Positions 9,400-19,656 of a DNA stretch of 64,000 nt are shown here, in pieces. A program made the translations under genes and the position numbers. The notes under the pieces are model-generated. The model searched no databases. It had not been told where the DNA came from and saw only the letters and a list, made by a program, of their open reading frames with translations. Numbering within the stretch: position 1 is the stretch's first letter; every line of letters begins with the position of its first letter. Source of the DNA: Bacteroidales bacterium (lineage in GTDB: Bacteria > Bacteroidota > Bacteroidia > Bacteroidales > WCHB1-69); the NCBI GenBank assembly GCA_045534635.1, contig JAZSKB010000004.1:617-64616 (forward strand). Reading direction: 5' to 3'.

Positions 9400-9777
9400 A
9401 TGGCAAAAAAAATTATTCACACAGAAAATGCACCTAAGACAATAGGTCCTTATAGTCAAGCCGTTGAAATCAATGGTATGTTATTTATCTCTGGTCAAAT
9501 TCCAGTTATTCCTTCCACAGGAGAAGTTCCTTCTGGAATTGAGGCTCAAACAGAACAAGTAATGAAAAATATTTCCGCAATACTAAAAGAAGCAGGTTAT
9601 GAATTCAAAGACATTGTTAAAACAACATGTTTATTGAGTGATATCGCTAATTTTGTTCCTATGAACGAAGTATATGCAAAATATTTTCCAACAGAATGTC
9701 CTGCACGTGCAGCATTTGCTGTAAAAGATTTACCCAAAGGTGTTTTAGTAGAAATAGAATCAATCGCTGTAAAATAA
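9400..9777 (+). CDS. ridA: RidA/YjgF family reactive-intermediate deaminase
   Basis: 125 aa; GPYSQAV...GQIP pattern. Confidence 0.9.
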   Translation: MAKKIIHTENAPKTIGPYSQAVEINGMLFISGQIPVIPSTGEVPSGIEAQTEQVMKNISAILKEAGYEFKDIVKTTCLLSDIANFVPMNEVYAKYFPTECPARAAFAVKDLPKGVLVEIESIAVK

Positions 9778-9804
9778 TTTAATAACTTGTTTAATTAATT
9801 TAAT

Positions 9805-11037
9805 ATGAAGAAATTAAGTAGTATCGTTTTGTCTGCATTTTTGATATTCTCATTTGCAGCACAAGCACAAGAAAAGGAAAAAGAAAACAAAGAAGAAGGT
9901 TACATTTTTACAGTAACCAAAGAAATTCCCATTACTCCTGTTAAAAACCAATACAATGCTGGTACATGCTGGTGTTATAGTGGTTTAGGATTAATAGAAG
10001 CAGAATTAATTCGTATGGGTAAAGGCGAACACGATTTATCAGAAATGTATCTCGTTCACCGCACATATACAGATAGAGCAACAGCCGCAATTCGTACTCA
10101 TGGCGATGCTTCTTTCTCTCAAGGTGGTTCTTTTTACGATGTTATTTATGGAATGAAACATTATGGTTTAGTTCCTGACAACATTATGCCTGCAGGTGTT
10201 ATGTATGGAGATACTTTATCTAATCATAGCGAACTTTCTGCTATCGCTGATGCTTGTGTAGAAGCGTTATCTTCTGGAAAAGTAAAAAAATTCCAATCTG
10301 ATACCGCCGGAAATATGTTGTGGCAAAAAGCTATTAGTGCTATTCACGATGTTTATTTAGGCACTTGTCCTGAAGAATTTACTTACAATGGTAAAAAATA
10401 TACTCCAAAATCATTTTATGAATCTTTAGGATTAAATGCTGATGATTATATTTCCATCACCTCTTTTACTCATCATCCTTTTTACGAAAAATTCATTCTT
10501 GAAATTCAAGATAACTGGCGTTGGGGTTCTTCTTACAATGTTCCAATAGATGAATTTATGCAAATTTTTGATTATGCAATAGAAAATGGTTATACTATTG
10601 CTTGGGGTAGTGATGTTAGTGAAGACGGTTTCCGTATTGGAAGAAAAGTTGGTGCTTGTGTTTTACCTGATTTCAATGCTACATCTACTGAGGCTATGGG
10701 TAGTGATATGGCTCATTGGACAGGATTAAGCAAAAGCGAAAAAACAAAAGAAGCAGAAAAACATCCAACTCCTCAACGTTGGGTTTCTCAACAAGAAAGA
10801 CAACTTGCTTACGATAATTGGGAAACAACTGACGACCATGGTATGTTAATTTATGGAACTGCTAAAGACCAAATGGGTAATGAATATTATATGGTTAAAA
10901 ATTCTTGGGGTGACTATGGAACCTATCACGGAATGTTCTATGCAAGCAAAGCTTTTGTTCGTTACAAAACCATGAATATTGTTGTTCATAAAAATGCTAT
11001 TCCAAAAGAAATCAAGAAGAAATTAGGTATTAAATAA
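9805..11037 (+). CDS. C1-family cysteine peptidase (aminopeptidase C/bleomycin-hydrolase-like), secreted
   Basis: Signal peptide; catalytic-Cys motif NAGTCWCYSG; DDHGMLIYG...VKNSWG. Confidence 0.8.
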   Translation: MKKLSSIVLSAFLIFSFAAQAQEKEKENKEEGYIFTVTKEIPITPVKNQYNAGTCWCYSGLGLIEAELIRMGKGEHDLSEMYLVHRTYTDRATAAIRTHGDASFSQGGSFYDVIYGMKHYGLVPDNIMPAGVMYGDTLSNHSELSAIADACVEALSSGKVKKFQSDTAGNMLWQKAISAIHDVYLGTCPEEFTYNGKKYTPKSFYESLGLNADDYISITSFTHHPFYEKFILEIQDNWRWGSSYNVPIDEFMQIFDYAIENGYTIAWGSDVSEDGFRIGRKVGACVLPDFNATSTEAMGSDMAHWTGLSKSEKTKEAEKHPTPQRWVSQQERQLAYDNWETTDDHGMLIYGTAKDQMGNEYYMVKNSWGDYGTYHGMFYASKAFVRYKTMNIVVHKNAIPKEIKKKLGIK

Positions 11038-11060
11038 TTTCTTTCTCTAAAATAAACAAT

Positions 11061-11094
11061 AAAAAAATCCCTCCAAAAAAGGAGGGATTTTTTT
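11061..11094 (+). terminator. Rho-independent terminator
   Basis: ATCCCTCC / GGAGGGAT stem with A6 loop, followed by a T-run. Confidence 0.85.
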
Positions 11095-11102
11095 AAAAAT
11101 GT

Positions 11103-11110
11103 TATCTTTG
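11103..11110 (+). promoter_or_regulatory. -7 promoter box TATCTTTG (lpxH)
   Basis: TAnnTTTG match 17 nt upstream of ATG 11127. Confidence 0.6.
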
Positions 11111-11126
11111 CAAATATTTTGTTTAC

Positions 11127-11891
11127 ATGGAACATATCAACGGCAATGTTTATTTTATCTCCGATTGTCATTTCGGACTTCCCAATTTGCAAGAAAGTGC
11201 AATGAGAGAAAAAAGGGTTGTTTCTTTTCTTGAACACATTTCTAATGATGTTACGCACCTTTTTCTTTTAGGCGATATTTTTGATTATTGGTTTGAATAT
11301 AAATATGTTGTTCCTAAACATAATATCCGTTTTATTGGCAAATTAGCAAACTTGGTTGACAAAGGAGTTAAAATCTATTACGTTCTTGGCAATCACGATA
11401 TGTGGAACTTTGGATATCTTGAACAAGAAATCGGTTTAACAATTTTACGCGGTGTTCACGATTTTGAAATCAATGGAAAAAAAGTTCGGTTAGGACACGG
11501 AGATGGATTAGACCCTGCAGATAAAGGTTATTTGTTCATCAAATGGATATACGCTTCCAAATTTAACCAACGTTGGTTTGCTGCTTTACACCCTCGATGG
11601 TCTTTTGCTTTAGCCAATAAAGTCTCTCTATTAAGCAGAAACGCCCACCTTGAAGAAGATAAAATTTTTGCTGGCGAAGACAAAGAACCTATTATCACAT
11701 ATTGTAAAAATATTCTTAAAAATGAACATTTTGACTATTTCATTTTTGGACACAGACACTATCCTTTAGATTTTCCTTTACAAGAAAATTCTCATTATAT
11801 CAATGCTGGAGACTGGCAAACTCACGATTCGTTTGTGGAAATGAAAAATGAAAATTGTAATTTAAAATATTATCGACAAAATAATCAATAA
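11127..11891 (+). CDS. lpxH: UDP-2,3-diacylglucosamine diphosphatase
   Basis: Metallophosphoesterase motifs ISDCHFG, GDIFDYW, GNHD, GHGD. Confidence 0.8.
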   Translation: MEHINGNVYFISDCHFGLPNLQESAMREKRVVSFLEHISNDVTHLFLLGDIFDYWFEYKYVVPKHNIRFIGKLANLVDKGVKIYYVLGNHDMWNFGYLEQEIGLTILRGVHDFEINGKKVRLGHGDGLDPADKGYLFIKWIYASKFNQRWFAALHPRWSFALANKVSLLSRNAHLEEDKIFAGEDKEPIITYCKNILKNEHFDYFIFGHRHYPLDFPLQENSHYINAGDWQTHDSFVEMKNENCNLKYYRQNNQ

Positions 11892-11892
11892 A

Positions 11893-12576
11893 ATGATAGA
11901 AGAAGAAAAAATGACATTGATTTGTAATCAATTAAATGCAAAAAGTAATTTAAAAATTCTTACTTATTCGCAAACTAAAAACGCATTTGAAATGCTAAAA
12001 AAGGAAGCAAATGCTTTTCCTGAAACATTTAAATCTTTATTCCCTGAATCTGAAGTAATAGTAAAATTTGAAACAAAACAAAATCAATGTTTTAATTTAC
12101 AATACGGTAGCGATGTTTTATTTTGTTATTTACATAGCAACATTTTTGAATTCAATCGCGACCACGAAGTTATGAAAACACCATATATTCGCGAAAACAA
12201 AGACCGTTCTTTTTGTGGTGTTATTTCTATTTATAACTTTCTAACAGATTCTGTTTTATTCGATAGATTAAATGATTCGGGATACCTTATCGGAAGAATT
12301 TTTATTAATTGTGAAGGGCATTGTTACATTGACGGCAAACGCGAAGTAGGACAAATTTACAGCAATTTTAGTTCAACTATTTTTGACGAAAACATTGCAA
12401 AAAATATTATTGAATCTGCTTTGCTATATACCATCAACTTCGATTTATTGGTTCCTCCATACGAAATGATGAAAGAATTAACCGTTCATGAAATGATAGA
12501 ATTGAACAATCAACACAATTTGATAAAGACAGCGAAACGCTTAGGCTTTCGTTTTCAAGCAGATACGAAAGATTAA
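11893..12576 (+). CDS. Hypothetical protein
   Basis: 227-aa ORF tightly coupled to lpxH. I recognise no motif. Confidence 0.6.
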   Translation: MIEEEKMTLICNQLNAKSNLKILTYSQTKNAFEMLKKEANAFPETFKSLFPESEVIVKFETKQNQCFNLQYGSDVLFCYLHSNIFEFNRDHEVMKTPYIRENKDRSFCGVISIYNFLTDSVLFDRLNDSGYLIGRIFINCEGHCYIDGKREVGQIYSNFSSTIFDENIAKNIIESALLYTINFDLLVPPYEMMKELTVHEMIELNNQHNLIKTAKRLGFRFQADTKD

Positions 12577-12617
12577 AAAAAATTTAACAAATTTGCATTT
12601 TGTATTATTTTTTTTTG

Positions 12618-12625
12618 TACTTTTG
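12618..12625 (+). promoter_or_regulatory. -7 promoter box TACTTTTG (tRNA-Glu)
   Basis: TAnnTTTG match 22 nt upstream of the tRNA 5' end. Confidence 0.6.
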
Positions 12626-12647
12626 CATTACCTTTTTTGAGGGACAT

Positions 12648-12719
12648 GGTCAGTTCGTCTAGGGGTTAGGACACAAGGTTTTCATCCTTGCAACAGGGGT
12701 TCGATTCCCCTACTGACTA
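12648..12719 (+). tRNA. tRNA-Glu (anticodon UUC)
   Basis: Cloverleaf folded by hand. Acceptor GGTCAGT/ACTGACT, D arm GTCT-AGGGGTT-AGGA, anticodon stem CAAGG/CCTTG with loop TT-TTC-AT, T arm AGGGG-TTCGATT-CCCCT. Confidence 0.9.
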
Positions 12720-12721
12720 CA

Positions 12722-12749
12722 AAGCCTGTTTGAAACAGGCTTTTTTTTT
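12722..12749 (+). terminator. Rho-independent terminator after tRNA-Glu
   Basis: GCCTGT / ACAGGC stem followed by T9. Confidence 0.8.
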
Positions 12750-12762
12750 AAATAAAATTATC

Positions 12763-14109
12763 ATGAATATCAGCAAACGATACTATATAACTTTTTTATG
12801 GGCGAAATTTGTTCACGATGTTTTATATTATCGTAGAACATACCTCAGAATGAAATCCCCTTATCCCAAACGAGGAACTTCTATGGTAATAGTTTCCAAT
12901 CATCAAAATTCACTCAACGATGCAATGGGAATTATTCTTACCATGCGAGGACAAAAAGTTTGGTTTATGGCTCGTGCTGATGTTTTCAAAAATAAATTTA
13001 TTTCCAAATTGTTGACATTTCTTGGAATAATGCCTGTTTATCGTCAACGCGATGGTCATGCGAATCTAAAAAACAATTTTGATATATTTGGTAAAGCAGA
13101 AGATTTTATATTACAAGGTATTCCTATTTGTCTTTTTCCAGAAGCAAAACATCAAGATAGACATTATTTAGGAAAATTTTATCTTTCTTATACGCGTTTG
13201 GCTTTTGAAGCCGCAGAACGCTCCAATTTTGAAAAAGAAATCTTTATTTTACCTTCTGCCAATCATTATCAAGACTATTTTTCTATACAATCCGATTTAC
13301 TTATTTCTTATGGAAATTGTATTTCTTTGAAACCTTATTACCAACTTTATAAAGAAAATCCAAGAAAAGCACAAGAAATTGTAAATGATATTGTTTACAA
13401 AGAAGTACGTGAAATGATGCTTGATATTCAGGAAGAAGAACATTATCAAGAAATTTACGATATTTTAGGCAATTTTGGTGTTGATTATGCTATCGCTAAC
13501 AAAACGAATCCTTATAAATTGCCCGATAAATTAAAAATAGACCAAACTATTGTCGCAACAATAGAAGCAGAAAAAGAAAAGAATTTTGATAATTTTAAAC
13601 ATATTTGTCAATTAAGTAAAGAATATTCTTTACTTTTAAAGCAAACAAATTTATCTGATATTTGTATAAAAAATACTTATTCTTGGATTTCTTTTGTTTT
13701 AAACTTTTTACTTTTATTATTGCTTTTCCCTCTTTTTGTTTTTGGGTTAGCACATCATATTGTACAATATTTTCTTCCCAAAAGAATTTCTCGAAAATTT
13801 AAAGATAAATTGCTTCGTCCTTCTGTTGATTTAGCAATGGCAATGACAATTACTATTCCTATTACTTATTTCATTTTCATGATTTTATATCCTTCTTTTA
13901 TTCATCCTTTCTGGTTAGGTATTTTGGTTTATCTTTGTGTTCCTTGGACAGGAAGAATTGCTGGATTTTGGATAAGAAAATCAAATTTATACATCAATAT
14001 GGTACGTGCTTTCTACATAAAAAATACCAATAAAAATTTGTGGAATAGTTTGACAAACAAAAGGAAAGAATTGATTAATATAATGTTCTCATTAATGCAA
14101 AAGTCATAA
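12763..14109 (+). CDS. Lysophospholipid (1-acyl-sn-glycerol-3-phosphate) acyltransferase family, membrane-anchored
   Basis: The track ORF starts inside the tRNA, so I use the in-frame ATG 12763 (MNISKRYY). NHQNSLND and FPEAKH acyltransferase motifs; C-terminal TM helices. Confidence 0.75.
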   Translation: MNISKRYYITFLWAKFVHDVLYYRRTYLRMKSPYPKRGTSMVIVSNHQNSLNDAMGIILTMRGQKVWFMARADVFKNKFISKLLTFLGIMPVYRQRDGHANLKNNFDIFGKAEDFILQGIPICLFPEAKHQDRHYLGKFYLSYTRLAFEAAERSNFEKEIFILPSANHYQDYFSIQSDLLISYGNCISLKPYYQLYKENPRKAQEIVNDIVYKEVREMMLDIQEEEHYQEIYDILGNFGVDYAIANKTNPYKLPDKLKIDQTIVATIEAEKEKNFDNFKHICQLSKEYSLLLKQTNLSDICIKNTYSWISFVLNFLLLLLLFPLFVFGLAHHIVQYFLPKRISRKFKDKLLRPSVDLAMAMTITIPITYFIFMILYPSFIHPFWLGILVYLCVPWTGRIAGFWIRKSNLYINMVRAFYIKNTNKNLWNSLTNKRKELINIMFSLMQKS

Positions 14110-14628
14110 TTATTCTTCTTCACACTGTATATTTTCATTATCTGCTTTGTTCAATAAAGCATTTTTTAGTGGTGGAATAAATGTATCTGCACATTTTTTA
14201 CACGGATTATACATCAATGAATTTGATTGTCTTTCTTCGGTAAAAATATATTGTTGCGTATCTATACAATTGATTATATGTAAAATAAATCCAAATAAAA
14301 AAACTATTTTCATCGCTCCAAAAACCAAACCCAATATCTTTTCTAATATATCAGGTAATAAAATATTAAACAAAGATTTCAATATTTTACCTATAAAAAT
14401 AATGACTATTGCAACAACAACAAATGCAATTACCATTGCCAATACATTAGCAAAAGGTTGATTTTCATTTATAAAATTTTCAAGAACAATATCTTTCAAA
14501 TATACTGTTGACCAAGCACCTCCAATAAAGGCTAACAATGAAAACAATTCATCGAAAAATCCTCTCCGAAAACCTTTATATGCAAACCATATTATTAAAA
14601 TAAGAACTACAACATCAAATATCTTCAT
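14110..14628 (-). CDS. cvpA: CvpA-family membrane protein
   Basis: 172 aa with 4 TM helices and a typical CvpA N-terminus (MKIFDVVVLILIIWFAYKGFRRGF). Confidence 0.7.
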   Translation of the reverse strand: MKIFDVVVLILIIWFAYKGFRRGFFDELFSLLAFIGGAWSTVYLKDIVLENFINENQPFANVLAMVIAFVVVAIVIIFIGKILKSLFNILLPDILEKILGLVFGAMKIVFLFGFILHIINCIDTQQYIFTEERQSNSLMYNPCKKCADTFIPPLKNALLNKADNENIQCEEE

Positions 14629-15389
14629 TATTTTGATTTTTGAGCAGCAAACATTGCTTTTGCATATTTAGAAGCATACACAAAATCGTTTATTTCTGTA
14701 TTATTGGTATTTAAAATTTCTTTATTTGAACCTCTCCACCATAATTTTCCTTGATAGATAAAAGAAATAGTATCTCCTATTTCCATTACAGAATTCATAT
14801 CATGCGTATTGATAACTGTTGTAATTTTATACTCTTGTGTTATTTCATGAATCAATTTATCTATTACCAAAGATGTTTTTGGATCAAGTCCTGAATTTGG
14901 TTCATCACAAAATAAATATTTTGGATTGAGGGCTATTGCTCTTGCTATTGCGACTCTTTTTTTCATACCTCCACTTATTTGCGAAGGAAATAAATTGTGT
15001 GCATGCGATAAATTTACTCGCTCTAAACAAAATTCTGCTCGTTTTTCTTTTTCTTTTTCTGACATATTTGTAAGCATTGTCATTGGAAACTTTACATTTT
15101 CTTTGACATTCATCGAGTCAAACAATGCTCCTCCTTGAAACAATACACCCATTTCTTGTAACAATTGTTCATAATATTTTTTTCCAATGTTTTTCAAATC
15201 TCTTCCATTGTACAATATCGCTCCTTTTTCATTGTGGTACAATCCTATAAGACATTTCATTAAAACGGTTTTTCCTGAACCACTTTGACCTATTATCAAA
15301 TTTGTTTTTCCTTCTTCAAAATAGGTGGACACATCGGAAAGTACTTCTCTTCCATCGAAATATTTAAACAAATTTTTTACTTCTATCAT
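14628..15389 (-). CDS. ABC transporter ATP-binding protein (MlaF-like)
   Basis: Walker A GQSGSGKT, signature ISGGMKKR, Walker B LFCDEP. Confidence 0.85.
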   Translation of the reverse strand: MIEVKNLFKYFDGREVLSDVSTYFEEGKTNLIIGQSGSGKTVLMKCLIGLYHNEKGAILYNGRDLKNIGKKYYEQLLQEMGVLFQGGALFDSMNVKENVKFPMTMLTNMSEKEKEKRAEFCLERVNLSHAHNLFPSQISGGMKKRVAIARAIALNPKYLFCDEPNSGLDPKTSLVIDKLIHEITQEYKITTVINTHDMNSVMEIGDTISFIYQGKLWWRGSNKEILNTNNTEINDFVYASKYAKAMFAAQKSK

Positions 15390-15390
15390 T

Positions 15391-16131
15391 TTAACCTAAA
15401 AATATTTTAGTGAGAATAACATTAAATAGTAATAACGCAAAACTACTATTGACTACTCCTTGTGTACTTGCTTGACCAACTTCCAAGGCTCCTCCTTGTG
15501 TTCTATATCCGCAAAAACTTGATACTGATGCTATTATAATGCCAAATACAAATGTTTTTACAAGAGCATACACAATATCATATACTCTAAAAAAACTTTT
15601 TATACCTTCTAAATATTGTTCTGGAGGAATAGTACTCATATATGCACAAGCAAACCAACCACCAAACAAACAAAGAAAAATACTAATAATCACCAATAAT
15701 GGATTGACTATCGAACAGGCTATTATTTTTGGTAATGCCAAATGCGATGCAGAATTTATTCCCATGGTTTCTATGGCATCAATTTGTTCTGTTACTCGCA
15801 TTGTCCCTATTTCGGAGGCTATACTTGAACCTATTTTTCCTGCTAAAAACAAACTTATTATCGTTGGGGAAAATTCCAATACTACCGATTGTCTTACCAC
15901 AAAACCTATTGTCCACGTTGGAATCCAAGGACTTTCTACTTGTAATGCTGTTTGAATCGTAAGTACTGCTCCCATAAACAAGGATATAACTGACACTATC
16001 AGCAACGATTGTATGCCCAAATTGTACATATCTCCTGCCAATTGCTTACGAAAATAAGACATTTTTTTAGGTTTTACCAAAACCCTTTTCATAAACAGAA
16101 GATACTCGCCAATATATTGTAATATTTTCAT
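15391..16131 (-). CDS. ABC transporter permease (MlaE family)
   Basis: 246-aa polytopic protein immediately upstream of the ATPase. A -7 box TAATTTTG lies on the minus strand at 16185-16192. Confidence 0.8.
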   Translation of the reverse strand: MKILQYIGEYLLFMKRVLVKPKKMSYFRKQLAGDMYNLGIQSLLIVSVISLFMGAVLTIQTALQVESPWIPTWTIGFVVRQSVVLEFSPTIISLFLAGKIGSSIASEIGTMRVTEQIDAIETMGINSASHLALPKIIACSIVNPLLVIISIFLCLFGGWFACAYMSTIPPEQYLEGIKSFFRVYDIVYALVKTFVFGIIIASVSSFCGYRTQGGALEVGQASTQGVVNSSFALLLFNVILTKIFLG

Positions 16132-16264
16132 CTTACTTTATTTCGTAAAAACAATGCTCTATTTTATCTTTTATATTCATCTTGCAAAATTACAATTTTT
16201 AAGCCAATAGGACAATATTTTTTTCAAAAAAGTGTTAACTATAATAGATTTTAAAATAAAAATA

Positions 16265-16441
16265 ATGAAAAACAGATATATTTTGTATTTTTCTTTATTG
16301 TTGTCGATAATGTTTTTATCTGCTTGTTCTACAAATAGATACCAGCCAAAAAATGTAAAAAAACATCGTCGATGTGGGGATTGTCCTCGATTTACATCAA
16401 CATACGTTAATTCATTCAACACTGTTGCTTTAAACAATTAA
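16265..16441 (+). CDS. Small lipoprotein (58 aa), unknown function
   Basis: In-frame ATG within the track ORF. Lipobox FLSAC; basic Cys-containing tail HRRCGDCPRF. Confidence 0.45.
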   Translation: MKNRYILYFSLLLSIMFLSACSTNRYQPKNVKKHRRCGDCPRFTSTYVNSFNTVALNN

Positions 16442-16444
16442 GTA

Positions 16445-17080
16445 GTGATTACCAACGATTTAAAAATAAGTTTATCGAAATATTTACCACTTAATTGCAT
16501 TGATGAAATTGTTCTTTTACTTTGCAAGAACAATGTTCATTTAAAATTATCTCGTCCTCGCAAAACAATACAAGGGTCTTTTCAAGTTAGCAAAACAGAA
16601 AAATTTCCTATTATCACTATCAACAACAATTTAAATAAATACCAATTTTTACTTACATTTTTGCACGAATGGGCTCATTTTCTTTGTTACGAACAAAAAA
16701 TAAAAGGACATGGTGTCGTTTGGAAACAAACTTTTGGCAATTTAATCAATGAATATATCCAAAAAGAAGCCTTTCCAAAGGATTTAATTCCTGCTTTGCT
16801 TCATTTTTCAAAACATATCAAATACACAGAATACACTGATATAGAATTGTGTAAAGCTCTTTCAAAATACGATGATGATAAAATAAAATTGCAAAATTGT
16901 GAATTTTTGTCAAATATTCCAGAAAATTCGGTATTTTTGCACAATGGAATCCTAATGGAGAAATTACATCGGTTGAGAAAATATATCGTTTGTAAAAATA
17001 TGAATAACAACAAATTATATAAATGTCACCCGATGATGATGATAAAAGTAGTTAATAATAATAAAACAATGAATCAATAA
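16445..17080 (+). CDS. SprT-like zinc metalloprotease domain protein
   Basis: HEWAHF (HExxH) motif; GTG start. Confidence 0.65.
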   Translation: MITNDLKISLSKYLPLNCIDEIVLLLCKNNVHLKLSRPRKTIQGSFQVSKTEKFPIITINNNLNKYQFLLTFLHEWAHFLCYEQKIKGHGVVWKQTFGNLINEYIQKEAFPKDLIPALLHFSKHIKYTEYTDIELCKALSKYDDDKIKLQNCEFLSNIPENSVFLHNGILMEKLHRLRKYIVCKNMNNNKLYKCHPMMMIKVVNNNKTMNQ

Positions 17081-17082
17081 AT

Positions 17083-18186
17083 ATGAGTCAAATGGATAAT
17101 AACAACTATTGCGTAATTATGGCAGGAGGTGTTGGAGCAAGATTTTGGCCATTGAGCCGAACTTCAAAACCCAAACAATTTATAGATATTTTAGGAGTAG
17201 GTAAATCACTAATACAACTTACCATTGCAAGATTTACACAAATATGTCCTATCGAAAATATTTATATTGTTACCAATGAAATTTATTATGATTTGGTTAA
17301 ACAACAACTTCCACAACTATCTGATGAACAGATAATTTTGGAACCAATGAGACGCAATACCGCACCTTGTATTGCGTATGCTAACGCAAAAATCAAACAT
17401 CGCAATCCTAACGCTAATATTGTGGTAGCACCTTCCGACCATGTAATCTTAAATGAAAATTCATTTATAGAACATATCAAAGCGGCTATGCAATGTACTC
17501 AAGCCAATCCTTGGTTGCTTACTTTGGGAATTAAACCAACTCGTCCTGATACTGGCTATGGATACATTCAATACGATGATAAAACCACTTATGCCGCAGA
17601 ACAACGTATCTGTAAAGTGAAAATTTTTACAGAAAAACCTGAATTAGAATTGGCTAAACAGTTTTTAGAAAGTGGTGATTTTCTATGGAATGCAGGAATT
17701 TTTGTTTGGAAATTGCCTATTATTGAACAAGCTTTTGCTCGTTTTTTACCAGAAGTTTATGAATTGTTTGAAAAATGTGTTCCCGCTATTGGCACTAAAA
17801 ACGAAAAAGAGGCTATTTCTAAAACATACGAACGCTGTACTTCTATCTCTATTGACTATGGTGTTATGGAAAAAGCCGATAATGTTCATGTTTTAGCCTC
17901 CGATTTTGGGTGGTCTGACCTTGGAACTTGGGGTTCTTTGTTTGAACATCTCAAACACGATGAAAACAATAACGCAATAAATTCTCCTAACGATGTTTTT
18001 ACTTACAATGCCAAAAATTGTATTGTCAACACACCAAAAGGAAAAGTTGTTGTAATTCAAGGACTTGAAGATTATATCGTTTCTGAAAGCGAAAATACTC
18101 TTCTTATTTGCAAAAAAAGCGATGAACAACAAATTCGCCAATTTGTTAATGATGTTCAACTTCAAAAAGGTGATAGATATATTTAA
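17083..18186 (+). CDS. Mannose-1-phosphate guanylyltransferase
   Basis: [14 protein letters not shown] nucleotidyltransferase loop; 367 aa. Confidence 0.85.
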   Translation: MSQMDNNNYCVIMAGGVGARFWPLSRTSKPKQFIDILGVGKSLIQLTIARFTQICPIENIYIVTNEIYYDLVKQQLPQLSDEQIILEPMRRNTAPCIAYANAKIKHRNPNANIVVAPSDHVILNENSFIEHIKAAMQCTQANPWLLTLGIKPTRPDTGYGYIQYDDKTTYAAEQRICKVKIFTEKPELELAKQFLESGDFLWNAGIFVWKLPIIEQAFARFLPEVYELFEKCVPAIGTKNEKEAISKTYERCTSISIDYGVMEKADNVHVLASDFGWSDLGTWGSLFEHLKHDENNNAINSPNDVFTYNAKNCIVNTPKGKVVVIQGLEDYIVSESENTLLICKKSDEQQIRQFVNDVQLQKGDRYI

Positions 18187-18197
18187 TAAAATATTGT

Positions 18198-19649
18198 ATG
18201 TCAAAAAATAACGAAAATAATCTTATTGAAAATATCGCCACTAAAGATTATGAATATGGTTTTGATTCTAATATCGAAACCGATTATTTTCCTAAGGGCA
18301 TTAATGAAGATATTGTTAGAAAAATTTCTGAATACAAACAAGAACCTCAATGGTTGCTTGAATTTCGTTTGAATGCTTTTCGCAAATGGCAAACAATGAA
18401 AGAACCTAATTGGGCTCACCTAACAATACCAACTATTGATTATCAAGATATTATATATTTTGCTGTTCCCAAAAAACAACCTCAAAAAAATAGTTTATCC
18501 GAAGTTGACCCAAATGTATTAGAAATGTTCAACAAATTAGGAATTCCTCTTGATGAACAAAAAAGATTGAGCAATGTTGCTATTGATGCCGTTGTAGATT
18601 CAACTTCCGTAAAAACAACATTTAGAGACACTTTAGAAAAACAAGGAATCATTTTTTGCTCTTTTGGAGAAGCCGTAAAAGAATATCCTGATTTAGTTCG
18701 ACAATATTTAGGAAAAGTTGTTCCACCTTCTGATAATTTTTTTGCAGCCCTTAATTCTGCTGTATTTTCTGATGGTTCTTTTTGTTATATTCCTAAAGGT
18801 GTTCGTTGCCCTATGGATTTATCAACGTATTTCCGTATCAATGCAAAAAACACTGGACAATTTGAACGTACACTCATTATTGCTGACGAAGATGCGTATG
18901 TTAGTTATATGGAAGGTTGTACCGCTCCTCAAAGAGATGAAAATCAACTTCACGCCGCTGTTGTTGAAATTTTTGCCATGAAAAACGCAGAAGTTAAATA
19001 TTCTACCGTACAAAATTGGTATCCCGGCGATAAAAATGGCAAAGGAGGAGTGTACAATTTAGTAACCAAACGTGGTATCTGTCAAGGAGATAATTCTAAA
19101 ATTTCTTGGACTCAAGTAGAAACAGGTTCTGCCATTACATGGAAATATCCAAGTTGTATTCTAAAAGGAGATAATTCTACTGGTGAATTTTATTCTGTTG
19201 CTGTTACTAACAACTACCAACAAGCCGATACTGGAACAAAAATGATTCATATCGGAAAAAATACCAAAAGCACCATTATTTCTAAAGGAATTTCTGTTGG
19301 AAAAAGTCAAAATAGTTATAGAGGATTGGTAAAAATTTTGCCAAATGCTCAATATGCCAGAAATTATTCACAATGTGATAGTTTGTTACTTGGTGATAAA
19401 TGTGGAGCACATACATTTCCTGTTTTAGATTGCAAAAATAAAACTGCCATTTTAGAACACGAAGCCTCCACTTCCAAAATTTCAGAAGAACAACTTTTTT
19501 ATTGCAGACAACGAGGTATTAGTACTGAAAATTCTATTGGACTAATTGTCAATGGATATGCTAAAGATATTTTAACTCGATTACCTATGGAATTTGCTGT
19601 TGAAGCCCAAAAATTGCTTTCTATCAGCATTGAAGGTGGTGTTGGCTAA
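18198..19649 (+). CDS. sufB: Fe-S cluster assembly scaffold SufB
   Basis: 483 aa with highly conserved SufB blocks ([26 protein letters not shown]). Confidence 0.95.
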   Translation: MSKNNENNLIENIATKDYEYGFDSNIETDYFPKGINEDIVRKISEYKQEPQWLLEFRLNAFRKWQTMKEPNWAHLTIPTIDYQDIIYFAVPKKQPQKNSLSEVDPNVLEMFNKLGIPLDEQKRLSNVAIDAVVDSTSVKTTFRDTLEKQGIIFCSFGEAVKEYPDLVRQYLGKVVPPSDNFFAALNSAVFSDGSFCYIPKGVRCPMDLSTYFRINAKNTGQFERTLIIADEDAYVSYMEGCTAPQRDENQLHAAVVEIFAMKNAEVKYSTVQNWYPGDKNGKGGVYNLVTKRGICQGDNSKISWTQVETGSAITWKYPSCILKGDNSTGEFYSVAVTNNYQQADTGTKMIHIGKNTKSTIISKGISVGKSQNSYRGLVKILPNAQYARNYSQCDSLLLGDKCGAHTFPVLDCKNKTAILEHEASTSKISEEQLFYCRQRGISTENSIGLIVNGYAKDILTRLPMEFAVEAQKLLSISIEGGVG

Positions 19650-19656
19650 AATAAGC

